DNA of 64,000 nt from a virus, in the IMG/VR virus record IMGVR_UViG_3300042691_027063, positions 31,648-95,647 of that record; one strand, 5' to 3'. The notes below the pieces were generated by a model. The model made no database searches. It saw only the letters and a program-made list of their open reading frames with translations, and was not told the DNA's origin. The position numbers were made by a program, and so were the translations under genes. This document shows, in pieces, positions 27,707 to 35,485 of the stretch (position 1 is its first letter; each line of letters starts with the position of its first letter).

Positions 27707-27970
27707 TTAGGCTTTCAGCTTCTCAGTAGAAAGCTTGTCCGCATTTTCATTAATAAAATCGGCTAACTCAGGAGCCGAAAAAAGATCAGCTAACTTTTGA
27801 GCTTGATTAACATACAAGCTAACTGGAAATCTTGAGTTCAATCCGTAGATAAGAAGGTTCCCTTTATCACCTACCTTAACAGTCAATCCTCCGATTCTCT
27901 TAGTTGGAATCAAAGCCTTCATTTCCTTGAGCTTTGCTTCTAGTGCCTTGATTTCTTCTTTAGTTGTCAT
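27707..27970 (-). CDS. small putative nucleic-acid-binding protein
   Basis: LTVKVGDKGNLLIYGLNSRFPVSLY resembles a widespread KVSxKG..VYGL.RFPVTLY family; AAGGAG SD. Confidence 0.55.
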   Translation of the reverse strand: MTTKEEIKALEAKLKEMKALIPTKRIGGLTVKVGDKGNLLIYGLNSRFPVSLYVNQAQKLADLFSAPELADFINENADKLSTEKLKA

Positions 27971-28175
27971 TTTCTTTCTCCTTTTTTTCAAAGCGAAATC
28001 TGCTTTGATTGTATTGATTAACAAATAAATAGTTATCTATTCCATTCGGACAATTAACTTTCTCAAATAGGTTAGTTCTATATTTAGAATTAACGTCTAT
28101 ACAAACAAATAGCAACGAAGATTTTTCATCTGCCCATCCATCTGGTATCCTCTGTTTTAAAATCATGTGATTCAT
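27960..28175 (-). CDS. Q-motif microprotein family member
   Basis: (MNH)MILKQR...LLFVCI. Confidence 0.55.
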   Translation of the reverse strand: MNHMILKQRIPDGWADEKSSLLFVCIDVNSKYRTNLFEKVNCPNGIDNYLFVNQYNQSRFRFEKKEKENDN

Positions 28176-28356
28176 TTTTACCTCTAGTTGAAGCAATAAA
28201 ATCTGTTAAGTAGCTTCTTGAGTCTCTATAACCATTTTTATTAAATATCCCCCAAGGTCTTGAACAAAAAGATTTATCCTTTTCATCAAAATCAAAGCCA
28301 AAGTTATAATTAGCATTAGCGTCGTTTCTAGTTCCGAATTGGTATATTTTAAACAT
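28126..28356 (-). CDS. Q-motif microprotein family member
   Basis: MFKIYQF...FGFDFD. Confidence 0.55.
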   Translation of the reverse strand: MFKIYQFGTRNDANANYNFGFDFDEKDKSFCSRPWGIFNKNGYRDSRSYLTDFIASTRGKNESHDFKTEDTRWMGR

Positions 28357-28419
28357 ATTATATCTCACTTAATATCACTAACCCTATGTAAAATAAAACA
28401 CAGTAACCCAATAACTCGA

Positions 28420-28671
28420 TCATTGAATCTTCCAATTGAGACAGTCTGTCAAGCTATAATCATAACCTCGCCAGTTACCACCTCTTTGAATCATGTTTAG
28501 TTCGCTCATAGTTTTAAGTAATTGTCTTACTTTAGTTTCAGACAATCCGCTTCTAACTACAAGTCCAGACAATGTTAGAGTCCGATACTTTTTGAGCGTA
28601 TGATAGAGAAGAAACATGGAAGCACCATAGTTTCTAGCCATCTCTAACTCTAAATCATTCATACCATGCAC
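28420..28671 (-). CDS. winged-helix DNA-binding protein
   Basis: LTLSGLVVRSGLSETKVRQLLKTMSELNMIQR. Confidence 0.7.
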   Translation of the reverse strand: MHGMNDLELEMARNYGASMFLLYHTLKKYRTLTLSGLVVRSGLSETKVRQLLKTMSELNMIQRGGNWRGYDYSLTDCLNWKIQ

Positions 28672-28891
28672 CTTGGTAAGTAAAGCCTAAATTTTTCTGC
28701 AAGTTACGCAACATTTTTTGCTGCTGTGGAGAAAGTTCAGGCTTTGTATAAACTTTCTCAGGTTGATTGTAAATAGCCTTTAAGCTAGCATCATAGCCCG
28801 CTTTGTTGCTATTTTTACCCAAGTCCTTTGCATTTTTTGAATTCAATTTTTCAGGTGGCTTAGGGAAGATTTTCTTTCTTGATTTTGCCAT
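28655..28891 (-). CDS. hypothetical basic protein
   Basis: 78 aa, AAGGAG/AGG SD. Confidence 0.6.
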   Translation of the reverse strand: MAKSRKKIFPKPPEKLNSKNAKDLGKNSNKAGYDASLKAIYNQPEKVYTKPELSPQQQKMLRNLQKNLGFTYQGAWYE

Positions 28892-29256
28892 AACCTACTC
28901 CTTAATTATAGCATCTTCCTTGATGCAAAATTGACCATTCGTGGTCTTGATTAATACACCACCAGCTTGGAAACATTTAGAATCCACCTTAAGCGTTTTG
29001 TATACAAAAAAGCCGAGAATAAAAACGAAAAGCATAGACAAAACTACTATGCCGATTCTATTAATCATTGTTTTTCCTCAACCATATAGTTAAGTAATAG
29101 CTCGTCACACTTCTTAAGTTCAGAAATATATGCCTGAGTAAGAAGCCAATCACGCTCAGAATATATCTGAATCTTTGTCTCAAGTAAAGAGATATGTTCT
29201 ACTAGTTTTTCTTTTGGCATTGTTTCTATATATAACATAGATACCTCCAGTATTAT

Positions 29257-29796
29257 TTACCAAGACACCATTCCTGAACTTGAAACAGCAAAGTTGCATT
29301 TAGTTCCGTCTGTAGTTCTATAATTTCCAGCAGATAATAAACCTAAGAATCTATTAGAACCTGATTCAAAATAAGCAAGAACCTTACCATCTCCAGTCTT
29401 TAAAAGAACTTCATCAAAACCTGCGGAATTGCCACAAGGATCGATAATCTCTGTAATAGTTTTACCTTCTAATGCAGAAAGTTGCAACAATAAATTTGCT
29501 GTCTGTGTTTCTAACTCTAAAATTTCAAGCCTTATATCTTTAATAGCAGTTTCAAAAGCGGTATGTCCTTGAAAAACCATGTCTTCTAATTCAATAAGTT
29601 CTGATGATAAAGTAATCATCTCTTCTTTATTTTTGGAAATAGAATCTTTGATTGACGCAACTTGCTCCTCTAGTTTTTTAATCCTAACATCTTGCTTTTT
29701 TATTTTTTCATCATAGTCAGCACCGATCATTTTTCTTACGTTATTTCCACAGGATACAAGAGATAACATAAAGAAAACAATAAATATATTTTTCAT
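29257..29796 (-). CDS. putative lipoprotein with coiled coil
   Basis: MKNIFIVFFMLSLVSC lipobox, coiled coil, C-terminal IDPCG...DEVLL domain. Confidence 0.7.
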   Translation of the reverse strand: MKNIFIVFFMLSLVSCGNNVRKMIGADYDEKIKKQDVRIKKLEEQVASIKDSISKNKEEMITLSSELIELEDMVFQGHTAFETAIKDIRLEILELETQTANLLLQLSALEGKTITEIIDPCGNSAGFDEVLLKTGDGKVLAYFESGSNRFLGLLSAGNYRTTDGTKCNFAVSSSGMVSW

Positions 29797-29932
29797 TTAA
29801 TACCTTTTGCTAAAATAGTACCAACTTCTGATCTACCTTTATTATAATTTGTAACATTAAACATTGTAGCTAATAGAAAAAACATAGACACTGGAACAAG
29901 CCAGAAAAATAGAGCTTTCATTTTGTCTCCTT

Positions 29933-29968
29933 AAAAGACAAGCTCCCAAGCTATTAAGCTCAGGAGCC
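29933..29968 (-). terminator. probable rho-independent terminator
   Basis: GGCTCCTGAGCT-TAAT-AGCTTGGGAGCT then TGTCTTTT. Confidence 0.6.
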
Positions 29969-30078
29969 TAGAGGTAGGGTATAAACAATTGATTTCATTT
30001 AGGTCGGCTTGACATAGCCATGACATCAATCGTTTGACAATATAAATTTTGAAGGTTTGCCTTTATTTACCTACAATT

Positions 30079-30246
30079 TCACGCTATGCGAGCGGCTAAT
30101 TCTTTCTTAGCTAAGTATCTAGTCTTTGCTTCTAATCCAATATAATCATAAAATCTAGGCTTATTATTTCCTGTATAAAAAGTCCAAGCATTATAAAATT
30201 TCCACTTACCATTAACATATACAGCATAAAAGTTATATGGTCTCAT
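30079..30246 (-). CDS. small early protein directly downstream of hammerhead 2
   Basis: MRPYNFYAVYVNGKWKF..., 55 aa; SD AAGGA is the 3' strand of hammerhead stem III. Confidence 0.65.
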   Translation of the reverse strand: MRPYNFYAVYVNGKWKFYNAWTFYTGNNKPRFYDYIGLEAKTRYLAKKELAARIA

Positions 30247-30251
30247 TTTAT

Positions 30252-30304
30252 TTCCTTTTCGTTCTTTTGAACTCATCAGGTAAGACATACATCTTACGAA
30301 GGAA
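30252..30304 (-). ncRNA. type III hammerhead ribozyme
   Basis: UUCCUU-C^-GUAAGAU-GUAU-GUCUUAC-CUGAUGA-GUUC-AAAA-GAAC-GAA-AAGGAA; all three stems pair, core intact; predicted cleavage between 30298 and 30297. Confidence 0.9.
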
Positions 30305-30607
30305 GGGGAGATTTTTGCCTCCCCGCTTCTAACCAATACCCTTCATTCCCATGTCAGGTATCAGTCCTAGTGATATTAGCCGTTTATTTGTGGTTCACAC
30401 CTTATTAGCTAAATCACGCCCAAGAAAAAGAATAGTTTAGCCTGATCTTTTTCCGGTGAACATAGGTAGCCTCTCAGCTCGTCTTGTTGCGCAAGGACGC
30501 TCTTCTACCTACTGCCAACTATTTGTTGGACTTTCTTTTGATTATTTTTGCTGCATCCGTACAGCCTAATTAGTTTTTTAGACTCATCAGGTAAGGCTCC
30601 ACCTTAC
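30298..30607 (-). ncRNA. predicted 310-nt RNA released between two hammerheads
   Basis: Bounded by the two cleavage sites; no ATG-initiated ORF longer than 8 codons; many stems. Confidence 0.6.
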
Positions 30608-30631
30608 GACGGCTGTTTAGCCGTTTCGTCT
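30580..30631 (-). ncRNA. type II hammerhead ribozyme
   Basis: AGAC-GAA-ACGGCU-AAAC-AGCCGU-C^-GUAAGG-UGGAG-CCUUAC-CUGAUGA-GUCU; predicted cleavage between 30608 and 30607. Confidence 0.9.
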
Positions 30632-30650
30632 TGTTTCTATTTTACACCCA

Positions 30651-30923
30651 CTACACTTTTTTTACAAGCACAATTTTAGCAGATTCTTTTTCTTTTTTTG
30701 CTTTTCTTACTTGCTCCCGCAAATAATCAAGCCGTGCTCGCTCATTAGACTTCATGTAATGTCCATTGTCAATGAGTCTTTTTTCATTTGTCACTACTCT
30801 ACCCCATTGAGAGTGTAAGTTAGCGCCAGCTTTAATACAGCTCTTTGTTTTTTCTGCATTTTTAGCTGCCTTAAGCTGCGCTTCAATCTTTTTTTGAAGC
30901 AGCATCTCTTCTCTAGTCATCAT
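30651..30923 (-). CDS. basic early protein
   Basis: 90 aa, GAGGTG SD. Confidence 0.7.
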   Translation of the reverse strand: MMTREEMLLQKKIEAQLKAAKNAEKTKSCIKAGANLHSQWGRVVTNEKRLIDNGHYMKSNERARLDYLREQVRKAKKEKESAKIVLVKKV

Positions 30924-31064
30924 ACTGCACCTCGTTTTATTTTACAAGCGAAATAATTCAGCACCTACAATAAACACCAAACAAACAACACAAAAAGCAA
31001 CCATCTTAAAACTCCCGATTGAAGCTTGTCGTTATTGACTCGCTTCGTTCGCTTCGTTAAAACC

Positions 31065-31093
31065 ATCTTACCAAAACCCGAATTCAATTGCAC
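31065..31093 (-). promoter_or_regulatory. leftward early promoter candidate
   Basis: GTGCAA-17-TAAGAT with extended TG and a T-rich upstream tract. Confidence 0.45.
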
Positions 31094-31196
31094 CAAAAAA
31101 ATAAAGCTCACTCAAAAAAACTGCAAAATTTCCACTTGTTTCAATAACTTACGAGGCATCTCTAAAGATAAAAAATACTGCGTATATTCTATGGGT

Positions 31197-31422
31197 CTAT
31201 GTGAATTCAATAACTTAAGAAAGCCCACTATATCTAACCATATATATAAGGATAGACCTATGTAAATTCAATAGCTTAAGCATGGATCTATATAATATCA
31301 ACTAGATAGCATCTGGATGTATGTAAATTCAATAGGTTAGGTTAAGTGTCTAGGATGATGTATGTGAATTCAATAGGTTAGTGTGAGAGAGGTATAGGAT
31401 GTATGTAAAATCAACTACTTAG
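31197..31422 (+). repeat. array of five ~21-bp direct repeats (IHF-like or iteron)
   Basis: TATGTRAAWTCAAYWRSTTA starting at 31198, 31259, 31320, 31361, 31402. Confidence 0.8.
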
Positions 31423-31894
31423 CTCTGTTTCCTAACTCTCCTATCCGTTGCTATACCATGCCATAATGCCATAATAATCTCAGTATGTTGGAATTATATT
31501 ATATTGCTGAGTGTATGGAGAATTAATCACTCCTCATCTCCTAAGGTTCTTCTCCTCTCTTCAGTTGCCCTTTAAAAGCATTTTACCCCATCATGGCGAC
31601 ATAGGTATAGCCCGCACCTTAAAAACGCCGTATAAGCCCGAGTAGGGGCATTTAACGCTTGTTTGGTGTATCGAACAGTCGGTCGGTCAACCAACTATAG
31701 GATAGCCCGTCAAAATGTTGTATATATATAAGGACAACAGTAGGTTGAGTCAAACAACAGTTGTATGATATGCCAAACAGTAGGTAAGTATGTGAAACTA
31801 GATGGGAAAAGACGAATGATGATGCCACCCCTATGGGTCCGCGATGGTCACGGGTGCTTGTATATCACACACATATACCTCAACATTTCAAATA

Positions 31895-32150
31895 TAGAAA
31901 CATGCTATAACCCCCTGTAATCACGGCTAGAAACACATTGAGCACGCACTACCTAAGTTATTGTATATACTAGAGGGGGAATTACAAATCCCGACACTTT
32001 TTTGAAGATAATCCGCATTATAGAAACATGGCTAGAAACGAAATCGAAGGGAGGAGATAGAAATTCTTGCGCGCCTCGAAATCTCCGACCGGTAGATTTC
32101 TACTAGAGTTAAGGTCGGAGTATAGAAACTTTAACAACTTAAATAGAAAC
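31895..32150 (+). repeat. cluster of TAGAAAC heptamers
   Basis: 31895, 31928, 32021, 32033, 32123, 32144 (plus TAGAAAT at 32058). Confidence 0.6.
32131..32139 (+). promoter_or_regulatory. putative late promoter motif TTAACAACT
   Basis: Recurs upstream of right-arm genes. Confidence 0.6.
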
Positions 32151-32162
32151 GAGGTGATATAT

Positions 32163-32396
32163 ATGGATGAAGATTTAGACAAGAAGATTGAGTCCGATCT
32201 ATCGACCTGTCGTCTTTGTGAAAAGATTAAGGTTCGAAGATATGTTGGTAAGTATCCTAATGGAAGGGATAAGAAGTATGTTGATGAGAAGGGACAGCAG
32301 TGGTGCGGTAGGAAGTGTCCTGACTGTCAGGCTGATAGAGCTAGAAACAACATGAGACGGATTCGAAAAAATGGAAAACCCGAGTCTAACACTTAA
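32163..32396 (+). CDS. zinc-finger protein
   Basis: CRLC...CPDC; GAGGTG SD before ATG 32163. Confidence 0.65.
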   Translation: MDEDLDKKIESDLSTCRLCEKIKVRRYVGKYPNGRDKKYVDEKGQQWCGRKCPDCQADRARNNMRRIRKNGKPESNT

Positions 32397-32628
32397 GATT
32401 GAATTATTAGGTCAGCTCCTAGAAGAGCTTAATTACCTGGGTAATGAACCAGAGGAAATTGAGTTTATAGATGAGGAGTTCGATGATGTTCTTGCTGCGG
32501 CAACGGAGCTAAAGGGAGTGGTGCTAGATGAACTCGAGGAGTATTTTAATCATGCTAAACGCAATAATGAACCTATTTACCTACCATACAAAATCATCCA
32601 AAGAGACCTCAGAAACGCCAAATTCTGA
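32371..32628 (+). CDS. hypothetical acidic protein
   Basis: 85 aa ORF. Confidence 0.6.
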   Translation: MENPSLTLKIELLGQLLEELNYLGNEPEEIEFIDEEFDDVLAAATELKGVVLDELEEYFNHAKRNNEPIYLPYKIIQRDLRNAKF

Positions 32629-33070
32629 GCCTAAGAAGTCTGGTAGCTCAGCTAAGGAAGACAATGGATATTATGTTTGGAATAAGGGCGAGAACCCTGC
32701 TTTTTCGCCGTACTTCTCTGGAAAAGAGTTTGCTTGTAAATGCAATTTCCCAGATTGTAAGGTTCAGAGAATCTCTAAAACGATGATTGTTCGCCTTGAT
32801 CTTATGAGAAAGGAGGCTAAACAGCCCTTGATTATAACATCGGCATATAGATGTTCTAAGTATCAGGAGTTTCTCAAGTCGGCTAAGGTTTCTACGATTG
32901 TTGCAAAGAAGTCAACCCATGAGCTTGGGGATGCGGTAGATGTAGTTCCTCAAGATAGAAATATAGAAACATTCCTAAAGCTAGCAGAAAAGCATTTTGA
33001 TAGCATTGGAACAGCTAAAACATTTTTACACCTAGACCTGCGTGTTGGAAAAAGACGCTGGGTATATTAA
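32552..33070 (+). CDS. peptidase M15 endolysin
   Basis: EFACKC, ITSAYRC, STHELGDAVD, FLHLDLR; start uncertain. Confidence 0.85.
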   Translation: MLNAIMNLFTYHTKSSKETSETPNSEPKKSGSSAKEDNGYYVWNKGENPAFSPYFSGKEFACKCNFPDCKVQRISKTMIVRLDLMRKEAKQPLIITSAYRCSKYQEFLKSAKVSTIVAKKSTHELGDAVDVVPQDRNIETFLKLAEKHFDSIGTAKTFLHLDLRVGKRRWVY

Positions 33071-33075
33071 CAACT
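33067..33075 (+). promoter_or_regulatory. putative late promoter motif TTAACAACT
   Basis: Overlaps the endolysin stop. Confidence 0.55.
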
Positions 33076-33091
33076 TATCTGGAGAGCACGT

Positions 33092-33475
33092 ATGCAAGGT
33101 GGAGAGTCCCTAGTGGGATCAAACAATGAGAGCCAGTCACGCAAAAGTTTCCTCTCATATTTTAACGTTGATTTTAGTAAGCTAAGTTATGGAAAGGTCG
33201 TTCGAGCCTCATTCCTTCTTTTGTTCATTTTATCCTGCCTAATTTGTTTATTTAATCCCGGAGCTCAGACAAGCACTGTTGCAATTCTGTCTTTAATTGC
33301 ATTTGTTTGCTTCGATGTTGTCTGTGTAGTTAAAAGCAATTTGAAGAAAGACGAGTCTGAGGATGAGATTATTAAACTAAAAGAAGACAATGAGAAGCTT
33401 AAAAAAGATTTCCAATACCTTAAAGATGAGCTTACCCTCGGAACAGCTAATGCAATTTTCAGTCGCCGTAAGTAA
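33092..33475 (+). CDS. two-TM membrane protein with coiled coil (holin/spanin candidate)
   Basis: Two hydrophobic helices; next to the endolysin. Confidence 0.5.
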   Translation: MQGGESLVGSNNESQSRKSFLSYFNVDFSKLSYGKVVRASFLLLFILSCLICLFNPGAQTSTVAILSLIAFVCFDVVCVVKSNLKKDESEDEIIKLKEDNEKLKKDFQYLKDELTLGTANAIFSRRK

Positions 33476-33508
33476 TCTAATTTTATTTATCATAGGAGTT
33501 TTAATAGT

Positions 33509-33973
33509 ATGAGTGAAAAAAATGATTCAATTGATAAATTAGTAGAAACATATAGTAAGTCCGAAGACGAGCAAAAAGCTTATATTAAAGCCCAGCAAAC
33601 CACTATAATTAATCAAACAAAAGAAATCAATGCACTTAAGCGAGAAATAGAAAAGCTTGCTGCAGAAAATGAAAGGATTCTTTTAGAAAATGCACAGCTC
33701 AAGGCTTTGTCTGGTGGGGCTAAAGGTGATTTCTCAACAACAGCAGAGGAAACGATCTGTCTTGTTCAATTGGAAATGATTAAAAACATGGCTTTAACTC
33801 GCGAGCTTACTTTAGAAGAAACAAAGAAAAGTGAAATCTTTTTAAAGATGCTTCAATCTATTAGAGGCAAGGCTGCTCAGCAATCTGAAGAGGAAAAGGT
33901 TGAGAAACTTAGCAATGAAGATTTGTTGAAGTTTATGGAGTCACTTGGTCCTGGAAGTAAAGAGGAGCAATAA
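33509..33973 (+). CDS. possible terminase small subunit
   Basis: Helical protein directly upstream of TerL; assignment by position only. Confidence 0.4.
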   Translation: MSEKNDSIDKLVETYSKSEDEQKAYIKAQQTTIINQTKEINALKREIEKLAAENERILLENAQLKALSGGAKGDFSTTAEETICLVQLEMIKNMALTRELTLEETKKSEIFLKMLQSIRGKAAQQSEEEKVEKLSNEDLLKFMESLGPGSKEEQ

Positions 33974-33975
33974 TC

Positions 33976-35439
33976 GTGGCTGATGAGGTAAAGAAAGCGG
34001 CGATATCTGCTAAAGCAGCCAAAGCTGAGCTCTGGAGGCGTGGATTAATCCAATATAAAATGCACGTCAATCAGAAAGAGATGTACGATATTTATAAGAA
34101 TGCACCAGATAACTCTATCATGGTGTGGCTTCTTGCTCGTCAGTCAGGTAAATCCTATTGTCTCGGACTCATTGCGGTTATGGAATGTCTTTCTAAGCCA
34201 AATGCGATTGTCAAGCTTCTGACCGATACAAAGCTCCACGTAAAAACAATCTTTGAACCTATTTTTAGACAGATATTCGATGACTGTCCAGAAGACATTA
34301 AGCCAGAATATATCCCCTCTCAGTATGTTTATGTTTTTAAGAATGGTAGCCAAATCCAGCTGGCTGGTTCAGATGGTAACTCTGCAGAAAGACTACGTGG
34401 ACAAAAATCTGACTTGGTTCTAGTTGACGAGGCTGCGTTTTGTTCTAATCTTGATAATAACGTAATGTCTATTCTTCTACCGACAACAACACACACTGGG
34501 GGTAAGATTGTACTAGCCTCAACCCCTCCGTCTGATCCAGATCATGAATTTGTTCAGTTTATTGAAAGGGCGGAAAAAGACAAACTTCTTACAAAGAAAA
34601 CAGTTTACGACAACCCACTACTAACCAAGGGACAGATAGACAATATCATCTCTAAATTCAGTGGTGGTATTTATAATACACAGTTCCGTAGAGAGTATCT
34701 ATGTGAAATGGTTAAAGATGAGAATATGTCTGTTCTCCCGGAGGTTGACGATGAGCTTCTTTCTCAAATAGTAAAGGAACATCCAACTCCTCCATTTTGC
34801 AATAGATATGTCGCCATGGATATTGGATTCAAGGACTTGACCGTTGTATTATTTGGATATTACGACTTCAGGGAAGATAAAATTATAATCCAGGACGAGA
34901 TAGTAAAAAATGGTAAACAAATCCATCTGCCTGTTTTTACTAGAGAAATAATGGATAAAGAGGCTGAGCTTTGGACAAATCCTCTTACAAATGAACAATT
35001 TGAACCAGATAGTCGCGTATCAGATATCAATCCATTTGTTTTACAAGAAATTAATATAGCTTCTGATGGTCAACTCTCCTTTTCTGTGGCAGCTAAAGAT
35101 CATAAATTATCTAATATCAATAGGTTACGAGTTATGTTGGCTGGACATAAAGTTATTATTAGTCCAAAATGTGAGAATTTAATTCGTCATTTAAAAAACT
35201 GTAGATGGAAGGATAAGAGTTCAAAAGATGAATTTGCTAGGTCTCCAGATGACGGTCACTACGATGCTGTAGATGCTTTATTGTATTTTGTCCGTGCCGT
35301 AAACTACCGCAAAAATCCTTATCCAGTGGGTTATGGTCATAATATCAATAACATGCATATCGAAAATAGAAGCAAGTTTTATAACAATTCCCACGTAGAG
35401 ATTTATAATCAAATTTTTGGTGTAAAGAAAAAGCGTTGA
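33976..35439 (+). CDS. terL: terminase large subunit
   Basis: ARQSGKS Walker A, LRG, LVLVDEAAF Walker B, ASTP, RREY, MDIG, DAVDAL. Confidence 0.93.
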   Translation: MADEVKKAAISAKAAKAELWRRGLIQYKMHVNQKEMYDIYKNAPDNSIMVWLLARQSGKSYCLGLIAVMECLSKPNAIVKLLTDTKLHVKTIFEPIFRQIFDDCPEDIKPEYIPSQYVYVFKNGSQIQLAGSDGNSAERLRGQKSDLVLVDEAAFCSNLDNNVMSILLPTTTHTGGKIVLASTPPSDPDHEFVQFIERAEKDKLLTKKTVYDNPLLTKGQIDNIISKFSGGIYNTQFRREYLCEMVKDENMSVLPEVDDELLSQIVKEHPTPPFCNRYVAMDIGFKDLTVVLFGYYDFREDKIIIQDEIVKNGKQIHLPVFTREIMDKEAELWTNPLTNEQFEPDSRVSDINPFVLQEINIASDGQLSFSVAAKDHKLSNINRLRVMLAGHKVIISPKCENLIRHLKNCRWKDKSSKDEFARSPDDGHYDAVDALLYFVRAVNYRKNPYPVGYGHNINNMHIENRSKFYNNSHVEIYNQIFGVKKKR

Positions 35440-35449
35440 TTGTTTCTAT

Positions 35450-35458
35450 TTAACAACT
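35450..35458 (+). promoter_or_regulatory. putative late promoter motif TTAACAACT
   Basis: Intergenic, upstream of protease and portal. Confidence 0.6.
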
Positions 35459-35485
35459 ATAAGCATGTTAATAAAAGGAAAACAA

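Noticed and set aside
30247-30336. ORF-track N-terminal extension of 30079..30336
   Set aside because: TTG start runs through the hammerhead; ATG 30246 has the SD
30305-30575. RNase P or tmRNA identity for the inter-ribozyme RNA (GAAAGUCC and ACAAAUAAACGGCUA resemble CR-I/CR-V)
   Set aside because: P4 pairing fails after about 4 bp; no tRNA-like ends and no Ala-ending tag ORF
31026-31265. 79-aa plus-strand ORF
   Set aside because: TTG start without SD, lying across promoter and repeat DNA
31197-31422. CRISPR mini-array
   Set aside because: Repeats are degenerate, not palindromic, with unequal ~20/40-bp spacers; the nuclease at 9473 is a generic PD-(D/E)xK enzyme and no cas operon is present
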